Sequence record: MW882907
DNA: 64,000 nt
From: Escherichia phage vB_EcoM_SQ17
Direction: 5' to 3' (one strand)
A program made the translations under genes and the position numbers. Every line of letters begins with the position of its first letter. The stretch's first letter is position 1. Of this stretch, positions 22,076 to 32,136 are shown one piece after another. Under the pieces are notes generated by a model. It worked only from the letters and a program-made list of their open reading frames with translations, ran no database searches and had not been told where the DNA came from.

Positions 22076-23844
22076 AACCTGAAGAAATGAAATCCATGCG
22101 TAGAAATAAGGTCATTGCCGATAATAAACCACAAAAAGTAGCTGCAACAGCAGCTACTGATTCATTAGAAGCATTGAATGATATTTCATCAAAACTAGAC
22201 GATGTCCAAGCCGCGTCTGAACTCACATCACAAAGTGTAGAAGATAAAGGCAATGGAATTATTGAATCAATTGGAGACTTAAAGAATTCGACAGATAATA
22301 CTGCTGAAGGCACAGAGCTTATCGCAGAAGTTATTGAAAAACAAACTGAAGTCACTAAAAGTATAAACGAAGTTTCTAGTGCAATAAGCTCCAAGTTAGA
22401 CCGATTAGCTACATTATTAGAGCAAAAATTACAAACATCTACCGCTATTCAAAATACAGGAGGCACCTCTCTTGAAGTAATTGAGAACGCAATACCTGTT
22501 AAAGTGGTTGAGAATGAAACTTATGATGAGCTGTTTAAAGCATTACCTACACCTGAAAAGATTGATAATAAGCCAGACGAAGATTTCTTCCCAGCCCCGG
22601 TTCAAGAAAGTGCTAATTCTACTTCTGATTCTAAAGGCGGGATTAGCTTTAAATTGAGCGATAAAATTGCAATGCTCACCAAAACAGTTCAAGCCGGGTT
22701 TAATAAATCAATATCAATTTCTGACAGAATTGCTGGAATGCTTTTCAAATACACTATAACGGCTGCTATTGAAGCAGCAAAAATGGCCGCACTTATTCTT
22801 GGTATTGTTATCGGTATTGATTTATTGATAGTCCATTTCAAATATTGGACAGACAAGTTCACTTCTGCCTGGGATTTATTTGATGAAAACTTTACTAAAT
22901 TCTCCGATGAAGCTAAAGAGTGGGGTAAATTCTTAAGTGATATATTCACTTCTATTGACTCTATAAAACAATTGTGGGAAGCTGGAGACTGGGGTGGTTT
23001 AACCGTTGCTATTGTCAAAGGTGTAGGAACAGCATTAATGAACTTAGGTGAACTAATTCAATTAGGAATGGCTAAACTCTCCGCGTCTATATTGCGTGCT
23101 ATAGGTTTTGGTGATACCGCAGATGAAATAGAAGGACGTGCTTTAGAAGGATTCCAAGAAACTACTGGGAACAAATTAAAGAAAGAAGACCAAGAGAAAG
23201 TCGCTAAATATCAAATGAAGCGTGACGATGGGGAATTAGGAACCGTTTCTAAAGGTCTTGATATGTTACAACGCGGCAAAACATTCGTTACTAACTGGGT
23301 TCGTGGTAATGACAATAAAGAAGAGTTTAGTACAAGCGATGAGCGTGCTGCGGAATCAGCAAAATTAAAAGAGTTACCTGAAGAGGAGCGTAAAGAGGCA
23401 TATATAAAAGCTAATGAAACTCGTGCGGCACTAGTTAGATTTGAGGATTATATCGATAAAATCGATATGACTAATCCGGAAAATGCTAAAAACGTCGAGA
23501 AGTCTTATGCCGATTTAAGTAAACTTATTAAAGACCCTGAACTTAATAAAACTCCTGTTGTTAAAAAGGAATTAGATGCTAGATTTGAAAAGCTAAATAA
23601 TAAAATGGCTGAAGCCAAAAAAGCTCAGACGACAGTTAAGCCTGAATCTTCGACTAAATCTCCGGAAGCAAAACAAGTTCAGTCAATAGAGAAAGGACGT
23701 GCTTCTGAATCTAAACAACAACAACCGGTAGCGGCGATTAGTAACACAAATAATGTCGTCAAAAAGAATACCGTAGTCCAGAATATGACCCCTGTAACAA
23801 GTACAACGGCTCCTGGAATTTTCCATGCCACCGGTGTTAATTAA
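22072..23844 (+). CDS. 29: Baseplate hub / tail length determinator gp29
   Basis: 590 aa, same as T4 gp29; gene order. Confidence 0.93.
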   Translation: MKPEEMKSMRRNKVIADNKPQKVAATAATDSLEALNDISSKLDDVQAASELTSQSVEDKGNGIIESIGDLKNSTDNTAEGTELIAEVIEKQTEVTKSINEVSSAISSKLDRLATLLEQKLQTSTAIQNTGGTSLEVIENAIPVKVVENETYDELFKALPTPEKIDNKPDEDFFPAPVQESANSTSDSKGGISFKLSDKIAMLTKTVQAGFNKSISISDRIAGMLFKYTITAAIEAAKMAALILGIVIGIDLLIVHFKYWTDKFTSAWDLFDENFTKFSDEAKEWGKFLSDIFTSIDSIKQLWEAGDWGGLTVAIVKGVGTALMNLGELIQLGMAKLSASILRAIGFGDTADEIEGRALEGFQETTGNKLKKEDQEKVAKYQMKRDDGELGTVSKGLDMLQRGKTFVTNWVRGNDNKEEFSTSDERAAESAKLKELPEEERKEAYIKANETRAALVRFEDYIDKIDMTNPENAKNVEKSYADLSKLIKDPELNKTPVVKKELDARFEKLNNKMAEAKKAQTTVKPESSTKSPEAKQVQSIEKGRASESKQQQPVAAISNTNNVVKKNTVVQNMTPVTSTTAPGIFHATGVN

Positions 23845-23852
23845 GGATTATT

Positions 23853-24962
23853 ATGATTAGTGTAAAAGAAATAGTAGTAGATGCAAAGGATTTAAATAAA
23901 GCAATCCCAGTCTCAGAAAGTGCTGGGCAAAGCACTAAAACCGAAACAACTACTAAAACTTATGTTGCTCAATTTCCTACAGGAAGAGCAGCCGGAAATG
24001 ACTCCGCAGGAGACTTCCAGGTAACAGACCTTTATAAGAATGGATTATTATTTACCGCGTACAATATGTCTGCACGCGATTCAGGATCCCTCAGGAATTT
24101 ACGTCCGGCATACGCCGGCACTTCATCTAATGGTATCATATCAGATTTAACTGATAATGTGAAAGATGCAGTGACTAAATTCTCTAATGGGTTGCTTCCT
24201 GCCGGAGCTAATAAACCTACTATAAATAAAACTCCCGTTGCTAATATACTTTTGCCACGTTCCAAATCTGACGTTGATACAACTTCACATCGTTTTAATG
24301 ATATTGGTGATAGCCTTATTACTAAAGGTGGAGGTACTGCTACGGGTGTTTTAAGTAACATTGCTTCTACTGCAGTTTTTGGTGCATTAGATTCTATTAC
24401 TCAAGGGCTTATGGCTGATAATAACGAACAGATTTATACGACTTCTCGTAGTATGTATGGCGGTGCTGAGAACCGTACTAAAGTCTTTACATGGGATTTA
24501 ACTCCACGTTCAACTGAAGACCTTATGGCTATTATAAACATTTACCAGTATTTTAACTATTTCTCCTATGGTGAGACCGGTAAATCACAGTACGCCCAAG
24601 AGATTAAAAGTTATTTAGACGAATGGTACCGTTCAACGTTTATTGAGCCTATGACACCTGATGATGCAGTAAAAAATAAGACATTGTTTGAAAAGATTAC
24701 TGCGTCATTAACAAACGTATTAGTTGTAAGCAACCCTACAATTTGGATGGTTAAAAACTTTGGTTATACGTCTAAATTTGATGGATTAACTGACGTATTT
24801 GGCCCATGCCAAATTCAAAGCGTACGTTTTGATAAAACTCCAAATGGACAATTTAATGGTCTTGCTATTGCTCCTAACTTACCGTCAACATTTACGTTAG
24901 AGATAACAATGCGAGAAATTATTACATTAAACCGTTCTTCACTTTATGCGGGGACTTTCTAA
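23853..24962 (+). CDS. 48: Baseplate tail-tube junction protein gp48
   Basis: 369 aa (T4 gp48 364 aa); gene order. Confidence 0.9.
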   Translation: MISVKEIVVDAKDLNKAIPVSESAGQSTKTETTTKTYVAQFPTGRAAGNDSAGDFQVTDLYKNGLLFTAYNMSARDSGSLRNLRPAYAGTSSNGIISDLTDNVKDAVTKFSNGLLPAGANKPTINKTPVANILLPRSKSDVDTTSHRFNDIGDSLITKGGGTATGVLSNIASTAVFGALDSITQGLMADNNEQIYTTSRSMYGGAENRTKVFTWDLTPRSTEDLMAIINIYQYFNYFSYGETGKSQYAQEIKSYLDEWYRSTFIEPMTPDDAVKNKTLFEKITASLTNVLVVSNPTIWMVKNFGYTSKFDGLTDVFGPCQIQSVRFDKTPNGQFNGLAIAPNLPSTFTLEITMREIITLNRSSLYAGTF

Positions 24963-25924
24963 TGTACTCTTTAGAAGAATTTAATAACCAAGCTATAAAT
25001 GCAGATTTCCAACGAAACAATATGTTTAGTTGTGTATTTGCTACTACACCGTCGACCAAATCGTCTTCACTAATTTCGTCAATTGGTAGTTTTGCTTATA
25101 ATAACTTAGGGTTGGATTCCGATTGGCTAGGATTGACTCAAGGTGATATCAATCAGGGCGTAACAACCCTGATTACAGCAGGAACACAGAAATTAATTCG
25201 AAAATCAGGTGTAAGTAAATATCTGATTGGAGCAATGAGTCAACGTACGGTACAAAGCTTGTTAGGCGAGTTCACAGTAGGATCTTATCTGATAGACTTC
25301 TTCAATATGGCATATAATAATACAGGTTTAATGATTTATTCTGTAAAAATGCCTGAGAACCGATTATCTTATGAAACGGATTTCAACTATAACTCCCCGA
25401 ACATCCGAATTACCGGCCGTGAAATGGACCCGTTAGTAATAAGCTTTAGAATGGATTCCGAAGCATCTAACTTTAGAGCAATGCAAGACTGGGTAAACTC
25501 AGTCCAAGACCCTGTAACAGGTCTTCGTGCTTTACCACAAGACGTCGAAGCAGATATTCAGGTTAATTTACATGCACGAAATGGTTTACCACATACCGCT
25601 GTCATGTTCACCGGATGTATTCCTGTTAGTGTCTCTTCTCCTGAGTTAACGTATGATGGTGATAATCAGATAACAGTTTTTGATGTAACATTTGCTTATC
25701 GCGTTATGCAATCAGGTGCCGTAAATAGACAGGCTGCTTTAGAATGGCTGGAATCAGGACTTATTAGTAGTGTTTCAGGAATGTTTGGAAATAATCAGAA
25801 TGATTCTGGACTAGGAAGTGCAGTATCAAGACTTTCTAGATTAGGTGGGACTGCTGGTGGTGTGTCTAATATAAACACATTGACAGGTGTGGTGAATTCT
25901 ACGTCAAGAGTTTTAGGACTATAA
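24962..25924 (+). CDS. 54: Baseplate tail-tube initiator gp54
   Basis: 320 aa as T4 gp54; gene order. Confidence 0.92.
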   Translation: MYSLEEFNNQAINADFQRNNMFSCVFATTPSTKSSSLISSIGSFAYNNLGLDSDWLGLTQGDINQGVTTLITAGTQKLIRKSGVSKYLIGAMSQRTVQSLLGEFTVGSYLIDFFNMAYNNTGLMIYSVKMPENRLSYETDFNYNSPNIRITGREMDPLVISFRMDSEASNFRAMQDWVNSVQDPVTGLRALPQDVEADIQVNLHARNGLPHTAVMFTGCIPVSVSSPELTYDGDNQITVFDVTFAYRVMQSGAVNRQAALEWLESGLISSVSGMFGNNQNDSGLGSAVSRLSRLGGTAGGVSNINTLTGVVNSTSRVLGL

Positions 25925-25925
25925 G

Positions 25926-25956
25926 AAAAAAAAAAGGGAGACAACGTCTCCCTTTA
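25926..25956. terminator. Bidirectional stem-loop terminator between gene 54 and convergent alt-region genes
   Basis: A10 run, GGGAGAC-AAC-GTCTCCC, TTT. Confidence 0.7.
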
Positions 25957-25961
25957 GGGGT

Positions 25962-26255
25962 TTATTTACGGAATGAAAGGAATGCTGGTGCTCGGAATGG
26001 AGTATCATCTTTAGAGTATTTAACTAATACGACCATTGGTACCTCTGTTTCTAAATGACCTGTCACTACACCAACAAAAATTTGATCAGTGTGCTCAGGG
26101 TCGCGAAAGTTTTTAAGAGGTTCCATAGCAATATGGAATGCACCTGGGAATACTCGATTCAATTCGTCAATCACAGCTTCGTTAAAAGCATCATCCGCCG
26201 GGATAACATCTTCAACTACTAGTTCTTGACCATTAAAGCGAAGCATAGATTTCAT
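25962..26255 (-). CDS. Hypothetical protein downstream of alt (T4 alt.-1/-2/-3 position)
   Basis: Track ORF 25962..26327; early-promoter motif lies inside the 5' extension, so start placed at internal Met (MKSMLRF) with GAGGA RBS. Confidence 0.55.
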   Translation of the reverse strand: MKSMLRFNGQELVVEDVIPADDAFNEAVIDELNRVFPGAFHIAMEPLKNFRDPEHTDQIFVGVVTGHLETEVPMVVLVKYSKDDTPFRAPAFLSFRK

Positions 26256-26284
26256 AACGTTTTCCTCATGTTGTTGATGGGATG

Positions 26285-26314
26285 ATAGTATCACACATCC
26301 ATGTGTTTGTAAAC
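26285..26314 (-). promoter_or_regulatory. T4-type early promoter (minus strand)
   Basis: Plus ATAGTA (26285-26290), 18 nt, GTAAAC (26309-26314). Confidence 0.5.
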
Positions 26315-28401
26315 TATCCTTGGACAAATTTAAACGGAACTGATTCTAAATCCATTAAAGATGCTAACAATTTCAATCCTTTAGGAGCACTAGTTTTTTC
26401 TACAAATGAGGAGAACGATACCGGCCCATCTGATTCGATTTCACCCGTCATAGCAACCACATCGCCTGTTTCCATGAGAACATCACCATCGTAAATGACA
26501 GCTTCGTCCAACTGGTCCGAGGACATAACTTCGGCTTGAATAAATTTAAGGTTGGATTCTAAACCTGCACCAGTGTCAGATGACGCATCTGTAATTTTAT
26601 TTATCTGCAAGAGAATGCCTCTAGGCAAAATAATTTCTTGCTCATTAGGGTGATTACTCAACTGTCCAGGATAAATCACGTTAACTTTATGAGCGCCATC
26701 AATAGCCCATCCAACGTTAACACGGATTTGTTCTGGTGCATGCATAGCTGTTCTTACTTGACTAGGAGAAATAGTAACACCTTCGTCATTATTATCAATG
26801 TTAAGCTCTTTGCGAACTTCTTCAGGAGCAAGTCCAAGGGCAACGTTCTCTTTAAACCCACCGAAAATAATAGGAGCTAGTGAAGTGGAAACATAGTTTC
26901 TGAAGTAGAATACCTTATTTTTAACCATTGCTTCGTAAATAGGCATTCTGATAGACTGAGCTCTATATAACGTTAGTCCTTCAGGTAAACGATCTCCATT
27001 TAAAAACGCCGAATCAAGACCATCAATAGCGCGTTTAACTTCATCTTCATCTGCAACATCGTAAAAATCTGGTTTATAACGACCTAACAGCATATTATTG
27101 ATATCGGTATACGCAGAAGAGGCATATTCACGAATAGCTCGTTTTTCAGCAACAGAGTATTGATTAGGGACCCGATTCATTGTTATATTAAAGGTGCCTC
27201 TAGCCGATTCTCGTGCATAAGTATACATCACATTAGACAAGAACGCTGATTTACGTTGTTTCCAAGTTTTTTCAGATACTTCAGCTAAAACGTCGTCAGC
27301 CAGTTGGAAATTATCACGTCTAAAATCTTCAAACCATTCGTCTTTAATAGAGTCTGCAATTTCATTTGCAGCTTCAACAAAAGCAGCTAATGCTTTAACA
27401 GATGTTGTTTTTTCAGTTTTAATTTTCTTAGCAAACTTTTCTAAAGTTGGCTTAATAACATCACCATAAGAAACTTCATCGGCAAATCTAAAGGATTCAT
27501 CAATACGATTATAAATCTTATTTTCGATATCAGCAACTAAAGTGCCTTTTGCTGTGGACGATGCTTGGGCTAGTACGATTTCATATGCTTCAGGAAGTAA
27601 TTCGGCTGTAGCTGGGCCACTAACTTCTTTAGCAGAATTTTCGTATTTCTGGAATAACTCACCTTCTTGTCGGTCAGCTTCTAAAGATTGACTTGCTGCA
27701 ATAGCACGACGAGAAATTTTAGTACGAGCAATAACAGGCTTATCTTTACGTTTTTCTTCTACAGCAGCAATAGAACCAGCGATAGCCGTTTCTTTGGTGA
27801 CCGTTTCGCCAGTCTTTTTACTCACATAAACTTCGCCAACATCAGAATCTACTTTCGTGTACAACTCTGTGTTAATGTTAGGGATGCCTTTAATATCTTC
27901 AATGTTAGCATTTTTACGAACCATCATCACATAGGTGTGTTTACCTGTGAATTGATACATTGCTGACAATACTTTAAAACGGCCACCGGTTTTAGTAGAA
28001 ACTAAACGAGCAAGAAGAGTTTGAAGTTGTTGTCCACGTCCTTTCAATTTCTTGGTAGGGAATCGGAACAGAACTGCATCCATACGAAGAGCTTTAACCT
28101 GTTCATATACTGTATTGAAAATGGTGTTGATTGCATCAATAGGAGCAGGACCAAGGCCATTTTTCAATTCAGCGAGATTACCCTTTTCAGACAGACTCAT
28201 AATAACAACATGAGCGTATTTGTCGCCAAGTTTAACTTGTTTTACAGCATCGCCTTCAGAAAGGTAAGAGAATAAGCGAACTACGATGTTTGTATCAACA
28301 TCACCAATTTTCCAGACTTGTGGAACTTTAGCTTTAGGGTTCAAATTGACGACAGGAAGACTGCCTTCAGATTCAAACACTTCATTCAATTGTTCAGACA
28401 T
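26314..28401 (-). CDS. alt: Alt ADP-ribosyltransferase (packaged, modifies host RNA polymerase)
   Basis: 695 aa (T4 Alt about 682 aa); R-S-EXE ART signature (YFRNYVSTS ... EQEIILPRG); position between gene 54 and ligase. Confidence 0.85.
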   Translation of the reverse strand: MSEQLNEVFESEGSLPVVNLNPKAKVPQVWKIGDVDTNIVVRLFSYLSEGDAVKQVKLGDKYAHVVIMSLSEKGNLAELKNGLGPAPIDAINTIFNTVYEQVKALRMDAVLFRFPTKKLKGRGQQLQTLLARLVSTKTGGRFKVLSAMYQFTGKHTYVMMVRKNANIEDIKGIPNINTELYTKVDSDVGEVYVSKKTGETVTKETAIAGSIAAVEEKRKDKPVIARTKISRRAIAASQSLEADRQEGELFQKYENSAKEVSGPATAELLPEAYEIVLAQASSTAKGTLVADIENKIYNRIDESFRFADEVSYGDVIKPTLEKFAKKIKTEKTTSVKALAAFVEAANEIADSIKDEWFEDFRRDNFQLADDVLAEVSEKTWKQRKSAFLSNVMYTYARESARGTFNITMNRVPNQYSVAEKRAIREYASSAYTDINNMLLGRYKPDFYDVADEDEVKRAIDGLDSAFLNGDRLPEGLTLYRAQSIRMPIYEAMVKNKVFYFRNYVSTSLAPIIFGGFKENVALGLAPEEVRKELNIDNNDEGVTISPSQVRTAMHAPEQIRVNVGWAIDGAHKVNVIYPGQLSNHPNEQEIILPRGILLQINKITDASSDTGAGLESNLKFIQAEVMSSDQLDEAVIYDGDVLMETGDVVAMTGEIESDGPVSFSSFVEKTSAPKGLKLLASLMDLESVPFKFVQG

Positions 28402-28456
28402 AGCGTTTTCCTTTTAGTAATAATTTATATTTATGCCAAAAAGAGCCCGAAGGCTC

Positions 28457-28645
28457 TTAATCCACAATCGGGAGTAAAGTACGATAAACTTCAAAATTAG
28501 GGCCTTTTTCGTACTTATCAAAATTGTCCATAAAAATATGATAGGAATCGTTATTAGGAAAATCTAATACAATTTGTGAACAAGAGGTGGAAACATCACT
28601 ACCGTCTTTATTAGTGACAACTACTGTTTCTAAATAAGCTTTCAT
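28457..28645 (-). CDS. Hypothetical small protein between ligase and alt
   Basis: Track ORF 28457..28666; probable start at internal Met overlapping ligase stop (ATGA). Confidence 0.45.
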   Translation of the reverse strand: MKAYLETVVVTNKDGSDVSTSCSQIVLDFPNNDSYHIFMDNFDKYEKGPNFEVYRTLLPIVD

Positions 28646-30138
28646 TATAAACCTGTCTGGGACCACGATCCAAATACGTCTTCAAATGAATCCGCTTCTG
28701 TTTTATCAAAACGGAACCCTTTAATAATTGGAAGGAAAATACCTACAGTACCTTCACGGCCTTTAGAATGAACCCAACCATTACATTCACAATCAGCGAT
28801 ACGTCCAATTAATTTACCTTCACGAGCTTCGGTCATTAATCGTTCACGGTCTAAATCATGACGCTCGTCTAAAGGAATAAGAACCTTTACACCGTCAACT
28901 GTTTTATGAGTTGTATCTTTAAACCCTGAACCACAATCGGTTGTAATACGACGACAACGTGATACGAGTTCGACACCACCTAATTTGTTAGGGTCTTTAG
29001 AGTGTTCATAGTATCCTACAACTTCTAAAGCGATATCAATAACTTCTTTAAATTTAATTAGGTTCTTAGAGCGTTTGTTTTCCCAATATGAATCACGGTT
29101 TTTAAGGATAATACCTTCAAGACCTTGGTCAACATATTTTTTATAAACCACTTTAGCTTCGTCAAGATTACGAACTAACTGATTTTCAATTGGCTCAATT
29201 CGCTTAAAGCCTTCAGCCATATTTTCAAGAGCAGCAAAACGAACATCGTATTTCTGACCTTTAATTTTGCCATCAGAATAGACTTCATCTAAAGGAACAT
29301 AGTCCCAGGCTTGAAGAATCATACCTTCCGCTTCTTTAGGAGAAATAGTCCCCTGAAGAGATTTATTTGCTAAACCATTTGAAGTGCTACGGTCTGCAAC
29401 TTGTACTTCTTCGGATTCTTCATTGTCACCAAATAAGAACGACAGGTCGTTTCCTGAGCTCACAGCCTTTTTAATATCGAATGAATGATAAACTAATTCA
29501 CCATCGATTAAAACCCCATTAGGGTGTCTTTCACGAGCTTCTTTAGTCATTTCCATTAGTTCATCAGCTAATAGAGTAAGTCCATGGTATTCGTTACCGG
29601 CACGAGAAAAGAATTGAACACCATCATCGCGAACTTCGGCGAAACAACGAGCACCATCTGCTTTTAATTGGGCAAATGCAGGCCATTTAATATTTTTAGT
29701 AATCAATTTCTCATCATATGCAGATGCTAACATCTGTGGTTGCAATTGAATAAGTCCAGGCCACACCTTATTAGCAATAGACACTGAAGCACCTACTTCA
29801 AGGTCGCGCATCATTACACGACGAAGGACTTCTACATCATCGGGTTTACCATCAGCGATATAACCCATGAGCTCTTTAATTGCAGCGTTACCAGTGAGTT
29901 TACGAGTGGCTAATGTGAACTCAATAAAATCCAACATGTCATCTAATTCAAGAAGTCCATACGCTTGAGACCTTTCACCCGGCCCTGGCCATTTCTTAAT
30001 ATAATACTGGATACCACGTGCATATGTTAAACGATACACACGTTCAAGTAATTTGTTGTCCTTATTTTTCTTAAGGATTTCTTGTTTTGTTTTAGTAGAA
30101 CCGATCGCAGCTATTTGGTTTAAAATATCTAAAATCAT
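28645..30138 (-). CDS. 30: ATP-dependent DNA ligase gp30
   Basis: 497 aa; adenylation motif KADGAR; N-terminus resembles T4 DNA ligase (MILKILNEIASIGSTKQK-like). Confidence 0.95.
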   Translation of the reverse strand: MILDILNQIAAIGSTKTKQEILKKNKDNKLLERVYRLTYARGIQYYIKKWPGPGERSQAYGLLELDDMLDFIEFTLATRKLTGNAAIKELMGYIADGKPDDVEVLRRVMMRDLEVGASVSIANKVWPGLIQLQPQMLASAYDEKLITKNIKWPAFAQLKADGARCFAEVRDDGVQFFSRAGNEYHGLTLLADELMEMTKEARERHPNGVLIDGELVYHSFDIKKAVSSGNDLSFLFGDNEESEEVQVADRSTSNGLANKSLQGTISPKEAEGMILQAWDYVPLDEVYSDGKIKGQKYDVRFAALENMAEGFKRIEPIENQLVRNLDEAKVVYKKYVDQGLEGIILKNRDSYWENKRSKNLIKFKEVIDIALEVVGYYEHSKDPNKLGGVELVSRCRRITTDCGSGFKDTTHKTVDGVKVLIPLDERHDLDRERLMTEAREGKLIGRIADCECNGWVHSKGREGTVGIFLPIIKGFRFDKTEADSFEDVFGSWSQTGL

Positions 30139-30404
30139 TTGATGTCCTCGATTTTGGTTACGGTTCTATTATAAGCCACTTCATCTAGAAGCGATTTCAG
30201 CGTTTTCTGATAAGTGGTAATCCATTTACCGAGACCTTCAACATAATATTCTGAAATGTAGATGAACCCTTGTTCAACACACTCTTTAAATATTTCTGCG
30301 TCTTTTACTAAACGAAACATTGGCCAGTCTCGAAAGAACATGTTAACGTGACCGTAGTCACGCGTTGTGTTTTTGCCATCTGTAATATCATGAACTACAA
30401 ACAT
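30135..30404 (-). CDS. Hypothetical protein (T4 30.1 position)
   Basis: 89-aa ORF overlapping ligase start. Confidence 0.6.
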   Translation of the reverse strand: MFVVHDITDGKNTTRDYGHVNMFFRDWPMFRLVKDAEIFKECVEQGFIYISEYYVEGLGKWITTYQKTLKSLLDEVAYNRTVTKIEDIK

Positions 30405-30413
30405 AATTAACCC

Positions 30414-31229
30414 TTAACAATTTGTAGACCAAGTCCATTTGGACGAATCTAAAGGAAAGTTTTGAATCGTCCACCACGGCTGCATATCGGTTGGTCCTGG
30501 GGTTCGCCAGGTATATGGATTCGACGGACCGCCAATTTGATTAGGCCCTGCGCCTGGACTTGTTGTACCAGATTCTTTAAGCAAATCCGCCAATCGTTTT
30601 AAAAGGTCTTCACGATCTGAATCTGAATTATGCTCGGGTGGAACCAAACGAGATTCAATATCATCCCACGTGTGTACACGTTGTGCAGTACGAGGAATGG
30701 CATCACGTTCACCACGAGCCAACCAATAAATTGGTACATTAAGAATTTCTGCCGCATGGTCACAGTGATGAGCTAAATCGTCAACGTAACAAATCACGTT
30801 ATATTTTGTTTTAGCTAGTTCGAATAATTGTTCCTTTGAAGAATCATGACCACACATCATTACTTCAGAGAAAGCGCCTGGGAACAAAGCATTCAAATTA
30901 AATTGTCTATTCAATCGAGCATCAATTGAATCACCTAGCGCCGTCACGGCTACAAAATTATAGTCTTCTTTTAGTTTATTGATAACTCGAAGAGCATCAG
31001 AATAAGGCGCTAAGTAACGAATAAAATCAGAGCGATTATATTTTTCTATTAATTGTTTACCGAGGTTATCGTCGGTATTGAATAGTTTACCAGGAGAAAT
31101 AAATTTTTCGTCCTGAATCATTTTTAAAATATGTTCTAATGGAAGATTATATTTTTGGGCAAAATAAGGAAGTCCAGATTGCCAGCTTAAACATACACCA
31201 TCAATATCAGTCAAAATAGTAGGTTTCAT
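30414..31229 (-). CDS. Predicted HAD-superfamily hydrolase (T4 30.2 position)
   Basis: 271 aa; N-terminal DIDGV motif typical of HAD phosphatases/nucleotidases. Confidence 0.6.
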   Translation of the reverse strand: MKPTILTDIDGVCLSWQSGLPYFAQKYNLPLEHILKMIQDEKFISPGKLFNTDDNLGKQLIEKYNRSDFIRYLAPYSDALRVINKLKEDYNFVAVTALGDSIDARLNRQFNLNALFPGAFSEVMMCGHDSSKEQLFELAKTKYNVICYVDDLAHHCDHAAEILNVPIYWLARGERDAIPRTAQRVHTWDDIESRLVPPEHNSDSDREDLLKRLADLLKESGTTSPGAGPNQIGGPSNPYTWRTPGPTDMQPWWTIQNFPLDSSKWTWSTNC

Positions 31230-31693
31230 AAAGAGTCTCTTAATAGGTTTAACACATCAATAAATTCAGCTTCGGTTAGTATTGTATCATCTTTTGTTAG
31301 ACCGCTAGCCATGCTGTGCTTCAAAATTTTTCCTTTAGAGGCTTGTAAGGCATCACGAAACCCCTTGTTTTGGATCGCGGCTTCAAAATATGCATTTGTG
31401 TATAATTCTTTCCACGCTTCAGAGTATCTTGAAAATGGAACTCCTAACCAGAAGAGAGTCCCACGGTCCTGAGCTCTTGCATAAGACCTTCCGGCTTGCT
31501 GTGCAGCCAATCCAGACAACCTAAATATACGTTTTTGTTGTTCAACATTTTTCACCTTACATCCTTGGAGAAATCCTTCAAGTCCTCCGAATTGAATACC
31601 ATCCATAACAAAAGGCCATTGAGCAAAGTTACTTAATGCACATGACGGCCATGGAAAATTGCTTCTTATTTCTAATTCAGACATCTTTAACAC
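31226..31693 (-). CDS. Hypothetical protein (T4 30.3 position); possible YbiA/NADAR-like domain
   Basis: 155 aa; segment LSNFAQWPF..DG..F..EG.LQ resembles NADAR core; low certainty. Confidence 0.5.
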   Translation of the reverse strand: MLKMSELEIRSNFPWPSCALSNFAQWPFVMDGIQFGGLEGFLQGCKVKNVEQQKRIFRLSGLAAQQAGRSYARAQDRGTLFWLGVPFSRYSEAWKELYTNAYFEAAIQNKGFRDALQASKGKILKHSMASGLTKDDTILTEAEFIDVLNLLRDSL

Positions 31694-31895
31694 TTATAAT
31701 TTCAATATCAGCCCAATGGCCGTATCCAGGTATACGGTCTTCGATAGATAAATTTCCGCCATTTTTAGGTATTTTAATTGACGTAACGTATGGTTCTAAA
31801 CGGTTTTCTGAATAATATGGAAAAACGTCTGTTACACGATAAGTAACTTCGATCATTTCCGTACCAAACAATTTCCGGATTAATTTATTCAACAT
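31677..31895 (-). CDS. Hypothetical protein (30.3'-like)
   Basis: 72-aa ORF in operon with short overlaps. Confidence 0.5.
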   Translation of the reverse strand: MLNKLIRKLFGTEMIEVTYRVTDVFPYYSENRLEPYVTSIKIPKNGGNLSIEDRIPGYGHWADIEIISVKDV

Positions 31896-32082
31896 GTTTC
31901 AACCCTTTAATAGGAGATAACTCTTTACCCATACGTATGTCAGAAGTCCCATCAACCCATTGAACAGCATACGCTTCATTGATAATTCCAGCAGTGGTTT
32001 TAAATTCACGGAGAACTTTAAAAATCATCCCAGGAATTCCAACACCTTTTAATTGAACTGTTTGTGCTATTAAAAATTTCAT
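31885..32082 (-). CDS. Hypothetical protein (30.4-like)
   Basis: 65-aa ORF. Confidence 0.5.
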   Translation of the reverse strand: MKFLIAQTVQLKGVGIPGMIFKVLREFKTTAGIINEAYAVQWVDGTSDIRMGKELSPIKGLKHVE

Positions 32083-32136
32083 ATTTTTCCACTTACTAAA
32101 GAAATCATTATACTCTAATCCGTCCTTGGATATAAA

